A stretch of 64,000 nt of DNA from contig CAYQWZ010000003.1 in NCBI GenBank assembly GCA_964421635.1, forward strand, positions 1,712-65,711, read 5' to 3'. Each line of letters starts with the position of its first letter. Position 1 is the first letter of the stretch. Shown piece by piece: positions 1 to 8,745 of the stretch. The stretch comes from an uncultured Candidatus Saccharibacteria bacterium (lineage in GTDB: Bacteria; Patescibacteriota; UBA1384; CAILIB01; JAUSJZ01). Below the pieces are notes generated by a model. The model had not been told where the DNA came from. It saw nothing but the letters and a program-made list of their open reading frames with translations, and ran no database searches. The position numbers were made by a program, and so were the translations under genes.

Positions 1-121
1 CTGCATGATATCGTCACGGCTGGCTTGAACAGTAGATTGCATAGTCTGCATGATATCGTCACGGCTGGCTTGAACAGTAGATTGCATAGTCTGCATGATA
101 TCGTCACGGCTGGCTTGAACA
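1..121. repeat. Perfect 45-bp tandem repeat, at least 2.7 copies, in frame in the minus-strand CDS
   Basis: Unit CTGCATGATATCGTCACGGCTGGCTTGAACAGTAGATTGCATAGT at 1-45 and 46-90, partial at 91-121. Confidence 0.95.
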
Positions 122-162
122 ATCTCTTTTATGTCTTGTTTGGTAACATTATTATTTTTCAT
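1..162 (-). CDS. Partial CDS (runs off window start): probable coiled-coil protein with 15-aa tandem repeats
   Basis: ATG at 162-160 reads MKNNNVTKQDIKEIVQASRDDIMQ-TMQSTVQASRDDIMQ-TMQSTVQASRDDIMQ with no stop before position 1; not in the supplied ORF track. Confidence 0.75.
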   Translation of the reverse strand, partial: MKNNNVTKQDIKEIVQASRDDIMQTMQSTVQASRDDIMQTMQSTVQASRDDIMQ

Positions 163-219
163 CGTAAAACCATTTTAGCATTAACCAACATTACAAATAG
201 ATTATCTTGTTCTCACAAT

Positions 220-256
220 AAACAAAAAACCGGCCACTTTGACCGGTTTTTTGTTT
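220..256. terminator. Intrinsic terminator, probably bidirectional
   Basis: AAACAAAAAACCGG-ccactttga-CCGGTTTTTTGTTT inverted repeat. Confidence 0.75.
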
Positions 257-284
257 GTCCTCTAAAACAGATAATTACTTTTAA

Positions 285-437
285 TTAAGCAGCCTCTCCC
301 AACTCATCAAAATCCTCAACCCTAACACCGTCTGCAACATCTCTTTCTCTTAACTCATCTAACGCTTTATCATAGGGGTCTTTCTCATCTTCTGGTTTTT
401 CATCTTCAATATCTTCTCTTTCTGTTTCTTTTTCCAT
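285..437 (-). CDS. Small acidic hypothetical protein (50 aa)
   Basis: MEKETEREDIEDEKPEDEKDPYDKALDELRERDVADGVRVEDFDELGEAA*; GAGG upstream, terminator downstream; below the ORF-track length cutoff. Confidence 0.65.
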   Translation of the reverse strand: MEKETEREDIEDEKPEDEKDPYDKALDELRERDVADGVRVEDFDELGEAA

Positions 438-546
438 AATCCTCAACTTATTTATAAATTATATGATTATATATGAATTCATCATACAAGTCAACCTAAA
501 CCCCTTCACCTTGTCTGTTAACGCAGGCTGGTGAAGAATTTACAGA

Positions 547-1590
547 TTATTTTAGTTCAATTATTTTGGCTTTTTGGCGCCAAACTTTTGGTACATGGTC
601 AAGGTCAGTAGTGGTGAGGACTGTTTGAACGCTTGAGGTCACTTCTACGAGTCGTTCGCGACGATTATGGTCTAATTCACTCATCACATCATCTAATAGT
701 AAAACAACATCATTATCGTCCTCTCTTGCTGCTTTACTCAAAAAATCTAACTCTACCATTTTTAAACCAAAAACTAGGGAGCGCACCTCGCCGCGAGAAG
801 CGCAGCTTCGAGCGGGCACATTATTAAAGCTAATTATAAAGTCATCTCGGTGCGGACCGCGTATAGTTTGACCAAACATTATCTCGCGTTCCCGAAGTGC
901 CGCTTGTTCTTCTTCCAGCCTTTCTGTCTCCGCCGGATGCGTCTCATGTTTGATTGTTATCTTAGTATTATCTTGGCTCAAACAGACATAATGTTTAGGT
1001 AATTCGCGCTGCGCTAAACTAATAAAAGCTGATCTTGTGAGCCAAATTTGGTTAGCCAAAATTGCCAGTTCTTTGTCCCAAAAATTCAATTCATCTTCTT
1101 TGCTTTGTTTGTCGCGAATACGTTTTAAAAGCTTATTGCGTTGCATCACTACCTGCCTATATTTAACTAAGCTGTCGCTATAATTTCGGTCTGACTGCGA
1201 TAAAACAACATTTAAAAAGTGGCGCCGGACGGCCGGGGAACCGAGCACCAACAATAAATCTTCTGGCTCAAATAAAACTGTTTTAATGGTACCAACCACC
1301 TCTTTGGCAATCCTTCTGACGCCCGAAACTGCATACTCTTTTTTGTAAGGATTATTATGCACCACCACTACCACATCATCAGCTTGAATCTTGGCAAAGT
1401 TTTTATTATAACTAATTACCTCGATATCACTTTTAGTGCGCCAAGAGCGAGTAGTAGACGCGAGTGAGATTGCTTCCAAAATATTTGTTTTTCCCACTCC
1501 ATTTGGCCCAACAATTAAGGTCAAATTAGACAACTCAAAAGAGATATTTTTATGAGAGCGAAAATTTTGCAATTCGATTTTCTTGAGCAT
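547..1590 (-). CDS. recF: DNA replication/repair protein RecF
   Basis: LQNFRS, Walker A GPNGVGKTN, GPHRDD, SRGE, LLLDDVMSELD; downstream of dnaN. Confidence 0.97.
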   Translation of the reverse strand: MLKKIELQNFRSHKNISFELSNLTLIVGPNGVGKTNILEAISLASTTRSWRTKSDIEVISYNKNFAKIQADDVVVVVHNNPYKKEYAVSGVRRIAKEVVGTIKTVLFEPEDLLLVLGSPAVRRHFLNVVLSQSDRNYSDSLVKYRQVVMQRNKLLKRIRDKQSKEDELNFWDKELAILANQIWLTRSAFISLAQRELPKHYVCLSQDNTKITIKHETHPAETERLEEEQAALREREIMFGQTIRGPHRDDFIISFNNVPARSCASRGEVRSLVFGLKMVELDFLSKAAREDDNDVVLLLDDVMSELDHNRRERLVEVTSSVQTVLTTTDLDHVPKVWRQKAKIIELK

Positions 1591-2705
1591 TAATTACTGA
1601 CACGAATCGGCATCACAATATGTTGATAGCTCGGCATATCAGGATTAGCCACCACAGCCGGCGCCGTAGGACCAGCGAACTTGATGATAATTTTGCTGCC
1701 CGCGGCGGCGTTAACTGCATCTAAAAGATATCTGGTATTAAAAGCGATATCTAGGGTTTTTTCATTTGTATTGTGCATTACTTCTGCATCTAGGGCAGAA
1801 ACCTCTTGCCCATACTGCGAGGCCACAGAGGTCAGGCGCACATTTTGATCTTCAATTTTAATGTGAACATTATTGGCTTGGTTAGTAGTAAAAACAGAGG
1901 CCATACGCAAAGCATTAGCAATGTTTGCTGAATCTAATACCACTTCTGTCACAAAATCTGTAGGAATGACTTTGGTGTATTCAGGGAAGGTTGCCTCTAT
2001 TAGGCGAGTCACAATAATGCTGTCACCAACAGTAATTTGCACCTGATTATTACTGGCCACAAATTGTACAACATCTATATCTTCTGCCGACATAATTCGC
2101 ACTGCTTCGTGTACTGCCCGTGAAGGAATAATGACTTCTAGTTCACCATTTAGGTCGTTAGTCTCTAAAATATATTCAGCTAAGCGAAAGCTGTCTGTGG
2201 CAGCAATATTAATGCTATTATTTTTTCCTTTTAAATAAACTCCGGCTAGGGCTGGACGCGCTTCATCAACAGCGGTGGCTACTACTACAACTGAGAGAGC
2301 GGTCAGTAACTCATTTTTAGAAAGAGAGAATGAAGTGCCTTTTTCAATTGACGGAATAGAAGGATATTCAGTAGCAGCAATACCCGGAATTTCAGCTTTG
2401 AAGGATTCTGAAAGAGCGATGATTTTTTCTTTATCTGTTTTAAAGGAAATTGTTTCGTCATTATTGTTATTAACAAATTCAACCAGTGTTCTAGCCGGTA
2501 CAGTGGTTGAACCATCAACTTCTACCTTAGCGCCAACCCAAGTGATAACGCCAATTTCCAAGTCTGTGGCTGACAAGCGAAGACGACCCTTCTCTGTCTC
2601 CATTAATATATTAGCTAAAACAGGCAGCGTGGCGGCATTACCAACTGCGCGTGACACTAGGGTTAGACCTTTACTTAAATTTTTCTGCGTTGCGGATAAC
2701 TTCAT
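1590..2705 (-). CDS. dnaN: DNA polymerase III beta clamp
   Basis: ATDLE, ATDSFRL, FNTRYLLD and VMPIR motifs; dnaA-dnaN-recF order. Confidence 0.98.
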   Translation of the reverse strand: MKLSATQKNLSKGLTLVSRAVGNAATLPVLANILMETEKGRLRLSATDLEIGVITWVGAKVEVDGSTTVPARTLVEFVNNNNDETISFKTDKEKIIALSESFKAEIPGIAATEYPSIPSIEKGTSFSLSKNELLTALSVVVVATAVDEARPALAGVYLKGKNNSINIAATDSFRLAEYILETNDLNGELEVIIPSRAVHEAVRIMSAEDIDVVQFVASNNQVQITVGDSIIVTRLIEATFPEYTKVIPTDFVTEVVLDSANIANALRMASVFTTNQANNVHIKIEDQNVRLTSVASQYGQEVSALDAEVMHNTNEKTLDIAFNTRYLLDAVNAAAGSKIIIKFAGPTAPAVVANPDMPSYQHIVMPIRVSN

Positions 2706-3090
2706 TAAAATATTTTATCTGTAATATGGGTCAATAACTAATTTGGTACTACTTCATTAATATTACCTTTTTAGTTGGAATTATTCTTTGTGTATAACAT
2801 GTGTACAACTTTATTATTTTTGTGGATTAATTGTTAATAAGTATAACCACATATTCACAACCTCGAGCCTCGTGCCAAAATTTATCTCTAAATATTAGTT
2901 ACTTATACAAATTTATAATCATTTACACACAGCTTAATCCACATAAAATATTAACAACCTTGATATAAATATTTGAATACTAGAATTTTTATTGATGTCT
3001 TTTCCACAAATCCACAAGACTTATTATTACTAACACTACTTATCTTAATTAATAAGAGATTAATAATATAAGAGACTTATAAAAATCTAA
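2706..3090. other. Replication origin oriC (dnaA-dnaN intergenic)
   Basis: AT-rich gap with DnaA boxes TGTGTATAA 2789-2797, TGTGTACAA 2800-2808, TGTGGATTA 2821-2829, TAATCCACA 2935-2943 and TTTTCCACA/AAATCCACA 3000-3016, followed by trio-like repeats. Confidence 0.85.
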
Positions 3091-4500
3091 TTAAGTAACT
3101 TGATAAAGTTTAGATTTTAGATTCTTTATTTCAGAAAATAAATCTTCATTCTTCTTGAGCTCTTTTTCTATTTTGCCGCATCCGTGCATGACTGTAGTAT
3201 GATCTCTTCCCCCAAGGTAGCGCCCAATATTAGGGTAGGATAGGCGCAACTCATTCTTTAATAAATACATTAAAATTTGTCTTGGACGAACATACTCTTT
3301 ATTGCGACGCGGTCCAATAACATCTTTTTTATCAATGCTATAAAAATCACAAATCATTTCATTTATTTGGTCAGCCGATAAAAGCTTCTTCTTCTTATTT
3401 TGTTTTAAGATGCCCTTTAAAGCTTCTTCAACCACCTTAAGTTCAGGCTCTACATTATTGACCATAACATGCGTCTGAATGGTCGTTAGGGCCCCCTCAA
3501 GCTCTCTAATATTTGATTCTATGTTCTCCGCAACATAATTAATAGATTCGTCTGGCATCTCAAAGTTTTTTTCTTCACACTTCACTCTTAAAATTGCTGA
3601 CCTCATTTCTAAATCTGGTGGCTGGATATCTGCAATCATACCTGATTGAAAACGGCTAGCCAGCCTTTCTTCCAATTTTGGAATATCTTGAGGTACTTTG
3701 TCTGAAGTTAAAATAATTTGTTTATTCTTTTGATAAAGAGCATTAAAAGTATGAAAAAATTCTTCTTGTGTGCCACTTTTACCAGCAATAAATTGGATGT
3801 CGTCTATTAAGATTAAATCTGCATTGCGGTAACGATTTTTAAACTCTTCTTTATTTCCACTAGAAATTGAGGATACAAACTCATTCATAAAGTTCTCGCA
3901 ACTAACATAAATAACTTTCTTATTAGGTTTTTTGCGCAAAACCTCATTTCCTACTGCTTGAATTAGATGTGTTTTTCCTAATCCTACGCCACCATAAATA
4001 TAAAAAGGATTATGTTGTGTACCAGGATTATTTGAGACTGCTTGGGCGGTAGCGTGCGAGAGACGGTTAGTGTTGCCAACGACGAAATTTTCAAATGTAT
4101 AGCGAGGATTTAAATTGGCGTTCTCGGCTGCTCGAGCCCAAGCGATAGCCGGCCGAGACTGTTTTTTGCCAGCATTCTTTTCATCTTCAAGTAAGCTCGT
4201 TTGGTTAGGATCAACAATCTGTTTAGTCTTTTGAATGCGGCTTTGAGGAAGGACAGTAAAACATATTTTTTTGATTTGTTGCTCGAGGTGTTTATTTAAA
4301 ATTTTAAGTAAGTCTACCTCGAAATGGTTTTTAATCCATTCAATAGTGAAGGCATTGGCCACACCGACAGTGACGGTGGTGCGATCGACTTTTAACAAAA
4401 TAGAATTGGAAAACCAAGTTTTGAAATTAGCACCCGAGACGGAGACTTCTAATTCTCCTAAAACCCCTTTCCAAAGTGAATGTAATTCTTCAGGATTCAT
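3091..4500 (-). CDS. dnaA: Chromosomal replication initiator DnaA
   Basis: YTFENFVVG, GGVGLGKTHL, LIDDIQF, NIRELEG, GGRDHTTVMH; likely start is the ATG at 4500. Confidence 0.99.
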   Translation of the reverse strand: MNPEELHSLWKGVLGELEVSVSGANFKTWFSNSILLKVDRTTVTVGVANAFTIEWIKNHFEVDLLKILNKHLEQQIKKICFTVLPQSRIQKTKQIVDPNQTSLLEDEKNAGKKQSRPAIAWARAAENANLNPRYTFENFVVGNTNRLSHATAQAVSNNPGTQHNPFYIYGGVGLGKTHLIQAVGNEVLRKKPNKKVIYVSCENFMNEFVSSISSGNKEEFKNRYRNADLILIDDIQFIAGKSGTQEEFFHTFNALYQKNKQIILTSDKVPQDIPKLEERLASRFQSGMIADIQPPDLEMRSAILRVKCEEKNFEMPDESINYVAENIESNIRELEGALTTIQTHVMVNNVEPELKVVEEALKGILKQNKKKKLLSADQINEMICDFYSIDKKDVIGPRRNKEYVRPRQILMYLLKNELRLSYPNIGRYLGGRDHTTVMHGCGKIEKELKKNEDLFSEIKNLKSKLYQVT

Positions 4501-4547
4501 TAAAAATTTAGTCAAAAAAATTAGCTTCTACAAACATTGTAGCATAC

Positions 4548-4556
4548 TTATCCACA
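4548..4556. promoter_or_regulatory. Perfect DnaA box in the dnaA promoter (likely autoregulation)
   Basis: TTATCCACA next to a minus-strand TACAAT -10 element. Confidence 0.75.
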
Positions 4557-4625
4557 GTGGGTTTAGACATAAAAAAGGGACGGCCAGTGGCCGTCTCTTG
4601 GGGTTCTCTCCTGATATCAGAGCTG

Positions 4626-5429
4626 TCAGTAGATTAGACAATCTGCCCTTACCCCAGGTGATGTAAACTCTAGTGCCCTGCTGAGGTACGCTTGTGGCGA
4701 TTCGTCTGACTCTCTCTTAAGTTCACCTGGAACAGTAAACCCTCCGTCTTGCTCATTCATATTTTTGTAGCGGAAGGTGATTCCACCGAAGTCAAAGAAC
4801 ATTATGATTTCATCAATATCAATAACTTCAGTCAGTGTGACATCCTCAATTCTTGCTGGGGGAGCTTGAGATATGATGATGGTTCCACCTAGAGAGAAAC
4901 GTTGTAATTGTTCAAGCACGGCAGACATGTGTCTATCAAGAATCTCCTGGTAGTGAATTTGACACCAGTCAGCGAGAGACTCGACAAACATCGATCTTAC
5001 CCTTTCCCGATAGTCCTTGTAGGACTCACTGTGTTCTCGATAAACCAACCTCATGTTGGCAGTGTTTTTGTCAAAAGTGTAGTCGGAAGACATCTCTGCA
5101 CAGGTCAGTGGTACGAAGGGAATCTCTATAGCTCGGCAAAACAATCTACTATTAATGACCCGTGTGCCAACAAAATATGTATTGTCTTTTGGTTTGCGTA
5201 AGGATTGAACTATTGAGATATAGATCCAACCAATACAAGTAAGTATTAAGCATGATAGCCATGATGTGACTAAGTGATGCCAACTTTGCATAGTAAGATT
5301 CCAAAAAAACAGAGCAAAACAGATAAAACAGGCTCCTGCTGAAATAAGCCAGCCCAGCGCTAGAGAGTAGAAGGTAATCTCAAGAAGCTTCTCTTTCAGG
5401 TAGAACGCGAAGCGGCCCAACTTGGTCAT
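4626..5429 (-). CDS. Hypothetical membrane protein (2 N-terminal TM segments)
   Basis: SD AAGGAGGAGG before ATG 5429; TTGACT-17-TATTCT promoter; terminator at 4570-4599. Confidence 0.75.
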   Translation of the reverse strand: MTKLGRFAFYLKEKLLEITFYSLALGWLISAGACFICFALFFWNLTMQSWHHLVTSWLSCLILTCIGWIYISIVQSLRKPKDNTYFVGTRVINSRLFCRAIEIPFVPLTCAEMSSDYTFDKNTANMRLVYREHSESYKDYRERVRSMFVESLADWCQIHYQEILDRHMSAVLEQLQRFSLGGTIIISQAPPARIEDVTLTEVIDIDEIIMFFDFGGITFRYKNMNEQDGGFTVPGELKRESDESPQAYLSRALEFTSPGVRADCLIY

Positions 5430-5523
5430 GTCCCTCCTCCTTCGTGCAACACGAAGTCGCAACCAGAGAATACAAAATTTACTACTCCGAGTCAATAGAA
5501 AGGCTATAAAACTGTAGGATTAA

Positions 5524-7050
5524 TTAAAGATCTGTTCTTTGAGAGACGCGCATAATTTCTTCTTTAGAAGTTAAGCCAGCCTTTACTTTGGCTTCCCCGT
5601 CTTCGTGCATAGTAATCATGCCGTCTTTCCTAGCGATTTCAAATAAAGTTGTGAAGTCAGTTTTTTTCAGCACGGCTCTTTCAAATTCGGCACTCGGTTT
5701 AATAGTTTCCGCAATAACCGTGCGACCAAAATATTCTAGTTGGTTCGTCTGTTCATTCTGTCTGACTTTGCGCACCAGTCTTTGGGCGACAATCAAATTA
5801 ATAGAGCCGGATAAGAAAAAGGGTTCTATATTCATATCTACTAGTCGAGGCATGGCCATTACGGCGTTGTTGGCGTGGACGGTACTTAAAACTAGGTGGC
5901 CAGTTAGGGCGGCGTTGAGGGCAATGCGAGCTGTCTCTTCATCACGAATTTCACCGATCATTATTACATCAGGATCTTGCCGCAACGCCGCCCGCAGCGC
6001 ATCGGCAAAAGAATAACTTTTTGAAGAATCAATTTGGCTTTGTTCCACGCCCTCCAGCCGATACTCAATTGGGTCTTCTAGTGTAATTATCTTTTTATTC
6101 GGCTGATTCAATTTATTTAGCAAAGCGTACAAAGAAGTAGTTTTTCCAGATCCGGTCGGCCCAGTAATTACAATCATGCCGTACGGTTTAGTTATGGCCT
6201 CATTGATTTTTGCCAAATCTTTCGGGTTGAATCCTAATTGCTTAAGGTCTAGCTGCTGTACATCTTGACGAAGGATTCGAAGCACTATACTTTCCCCATA
6301 TTGAGAAGGTAAAGATGAAACACGAAAATCAATTGACTGATTACCAACCTGCATTGAGAAACGGCCGTCTTGCGGTTTTTCCCCCAAATCGAGCTTCAAA
6401 TTAGCGTGCATTTTAATGCGGCTAACAATTGGTTTAAATTTATCTGTGCCCAAATGGATGGCCTCCTGCAACACGCCGTCAATGCGAAAGCGAATTAAAA
6501 AACCTTGCTCTTCGGGCTCGATATGAATGTCAGAAGCGCGCAGATTGACCGCCGCAGCGATAAGCAGATCTAAAAGTTCAGTAGTAGAAACATTTTGGGC
6601 GAACTTTTTTAAATCCTCAAAAGTATTAACTCGTTTGGAAAAATCTTTCTCGTCAGCCATCTTTGCTTTTTGGGCCAACTCTTTTTGTTGTTCGTCGGCC
6701 TGTTCGAGTAGCTCTTCATACAAGCTAATCATATATGCCAGACTGCTTTCAGAGATAACAACCAAAGTGAGAGTTAAATTATTTCTATCTGCCAGCTGAC
6801 GCAAAAAAGCCATCGCCTGATTATTCTCTGGGTGTACAATGCCCACCTTTACTTTGGTGCCCTGTTTAATATAGGGAGCAGCTTTCCATTTTTTAACTTC
6901 ATCAAGGGTCATTAATGAAAGGATTTCTAAGTTAGACGGAAAACGATCGAGCATTTCGTAGGGGAAGCTCATCTTCTGTGCCTTGTCGCGAGTAATTTTT
7001 TCTTCAGAGCGACGAGTAATATTAGAAATTGTGCGTTGAACGTTGGCCAT
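5524..7050 (-). CDS. pilB: Type IV pilus/T2SS assembly ATPase, PilB/GspE family
   Basis: ASDIHIEP, RFRIDG, PQDGR, GPTGSGKTT, EDPIEY, LRQDPD, GEIRD, TGHLV. Confidence 0.92.
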   Translation of the reverse strand: MANVQRTISNITRRSEEKITRDKAQKMSFPYEMLDRFPSNLEILSLMTLDEVKKWKAAPYIKQGTKVKVGIVHPENNQAMAFLRQLADRNNLTLTLVVISESSLAYMISLYEELLEQADEQQKELAQKAKMADEKDFSKRVNTFEDLKKFAQNVSTTELLDLLIAAAVNLRASDIHIEPEEQGFLIRFRIDGVLQEAIHLGTDKFKPIVSRIKMHANLKLDLGEKPQDGRFSMQVGNQSIDFRVSSLPSQYGESIVLRILRQDVQQLDLKQLGFNPKDLAKINEAITKPYGMIVITGPTGSGKTTSLYALLNKLNQPNKKIITLEDPIEYRLEGVEQSQIDSSKSYSFADALRAALRQDPDVIMIGEIRDEETARIALNAALTGHLVLSTVHANNAVMAMPRLVDMNIEPFFLSGSINLIVAQRLVRKVRQNEQTNQLEYFGRTVIAETIKPSAEFERAVLKKTDFTTLFEIARKDGMITMHEDGEAKVKAGLTSKEEIMRVSQRTDL

Positions 7051-7481
7051 TATATTTTATTGACTCTTCGGTGATGTCTTTTGGCACTACTAAAATCTGT
7101 ATTGAGCCAAGTATTAATTATTTTTTTTACTTTAAAAAAAGATAGATAGTGTGATGCTAAGCACAGAACATTAGTATTATTATGTTCGCGAGACTTAGCC
7201 GCAATTTTGCTGTTCCATGCGTTTACAGCGCGGACCTTTTTGATGCGGTTGGCGGAAATTTGCATGCCTACGCCCGAGTCGCAAATTAAGATACCTCGGT
7301 TGTTTTGCGGATTTTTAGCGACAGCGCCAGCCACTTTTTTAGCAAAATCTGGATAGTCGTCGCGCGGACGAAAATTTTCATTTCCCAAATCTTCGACCAC
7401 AAAATCTTTGCCTTGTAGGTATTTTATAATCCTTTCTTTGTAAGCAAATCCAGCGTGATCAGCCCCAATAAAAATCTTCAT
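7050..7481 (-). CDS. rpiB: Ribose-5-phosphate isomerase B (RpiB/LacA/LacB)
   Basis: GADHAG, DDYPD, ICDSGVG, REHNNTN, RHHRRV; start moved to ATG 7481. Confidence 0.93.
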   Translation of the reverse strand: MKIFIGADHAGFAYKERIIKYLQGKDFVVEDLGNENFRPRDDYPDFAKKVAGAVAKNPQNNRGILICDSGVGMQISANRIKKVRAVNAWNSKIAAKSREHNNTNVLCLASHYLSFFKVKKIINTWLNTDFSSAKRHHRRVNKI

Positions 7482-7549
7482 ATCTTCTATATTCTCTCTT
7501 ATCGAAGGATGCAAAACAAGCCAACTAAAAAACCGCCCGGTTCGGACGG

Positions 7550-8212
7550 CTAGTAGTAGCGGACTTCCCAAACGACCGTATTACGACCCCACACTACTCC
7601 CACTGGGCGGGAGAAGCTAGTAGTTTCAATAACATGATCGGGGAACATTGCCAGAAGCATAAAAATATCTTCAAAGCTGGCAAAATCAAGATGGCGTCTG
7701 AGCCATATTCTAGCGTTTATACCTTTAAGTATAGTAACACTTTCTTGATCTGCGAAGGCGGTACGCATAGGTACCTGACCGGTAGCAGTCTTCACTACCA
7801 AGCCGAAATCACGATCACATATTTCACAGGAGACTGTGCCGTACTGATGAGGCGCCATTTGAGAGATATGAATCTTCGGATAGTATCTGAGACCCAATTC
7901 ATTGATGGCGGGGACAACCTCATTGGGTTTAAGATGGTATCTCACGGGTTTACCGGGAATAAGACAGCGAACACCGAAAGTCATCTTAGTCATGTTGGGC
8001 TCGTCCGCGGAGGCTAAGTCATTTTCGAATTGTTCGACGCTGGTCCAAAACAGTAGATGGTTACCAAACAAACCTCTTTCGTACAGCTCATACATGGTCA
8101 TTTTTTCCCTGACGCGTCTGGGTATTGTCAGAGCCAATCTGGCTTCTATTGCTTCAACAAGAGCTAAATTGGCAGCGACTATTTCGTTACTGGGCAGTTC
8201 TCGTATAACCAT
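7550..8212 (-). CDS. Hypothetical protein
   Basis: 220-aa ORF with SD AAGGAG, extended -10 TGATATACT and hairpin terminator at ~7527-7550. Confidence 0.75.
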   Translation of the reverse strand: MVIRELPSNEIVAANLALVEAIEARLALTIPRRVREKMTMYELYERGLFGNHLLFWTSVEQFENDLASADEPNMTKMTFGVRCLIPGKPVRYHLKPNEVVPAINELGLRYYPKIHISQMAPHQYGTVSCEICDRDFGLVVKTATGQVPMRTAFADQESVTILKGINARIWLRRHLDFASFEDIFMLLAMFPDHVIETTSFSRPVGVVWGRNTVVWEVRYY

Positions 8213-8277
8213 AGCTAAACTCCTTTTTCAGAGCTAAAACTAGTATATCAAAAACAAGATCTACGCTTTTTAATAGT

Positions 8278-8622
8278 TCAGTCTATTAGAAAGATTGCAA
8301 TTCCTACAATTAAGACCAGTAGCAATATAAGCATTAACCAAAGTTTTACCGTTCTCTCTTCTTTGGATAAATCTGACCAGCGAGTGCGATTCTGCTCCCA
8401 CTTATTAAAATTTACCAAACCGGCTGCTACAAATATTAATCCTAAAATTAATAAAGGATTATTATTTGTGGGAACACTGACAGCCGAGAAAATAGCACCC
8501 ATCACGAACAGATTTCGGTAATCTACCTTCTGACTTCTCTTTTTATCTACTAAGAAGAAAGCGATGCCCAAAACGATTATTGCTATTAAAATTGCAATCA
8601 GCAGCCATAAGTTTGAGGTCAT
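8278..8622 (-). CDS. Small multi-pass membrane protein
   Basis: About 4 hydrophobic segments. Confidence 0.7.
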   Translation of the reverse strand: MTSNLWLLIAILIAIIVLGIAFFLVDKKRSQKVDYRNLFVMGAIFSAVSVPTNNNPLLILGLIFVAAGLVNFNKWEQNRTRWSDLSKEERTVKLWLMLILLLVLIVGIAIFLID

Positions 8623-8745
8623 AAAAAATATTTAATTACTGAATCAATTGAAGCATGTTTAAAAAATTGAAGAAAGTATAATTTTTTGTGTGTCAAAAAA
8701 TGCGATATACTAATAGCGGCTACTAGCCAAGAGAAGGAGGCTGCA

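Noticed and set aside
1-121. Possible CRISPR array
   Set aside because: Units are identical and contiguous with no unique spacers; 45 bp is in frame within a CDS; no cas genes
25-288. Plus-strand 87-aa ORF
   Set aside because: Shadow of the repeat; it runs through a terminator, and the minus frame has a proper ATG and a protein-like sequence
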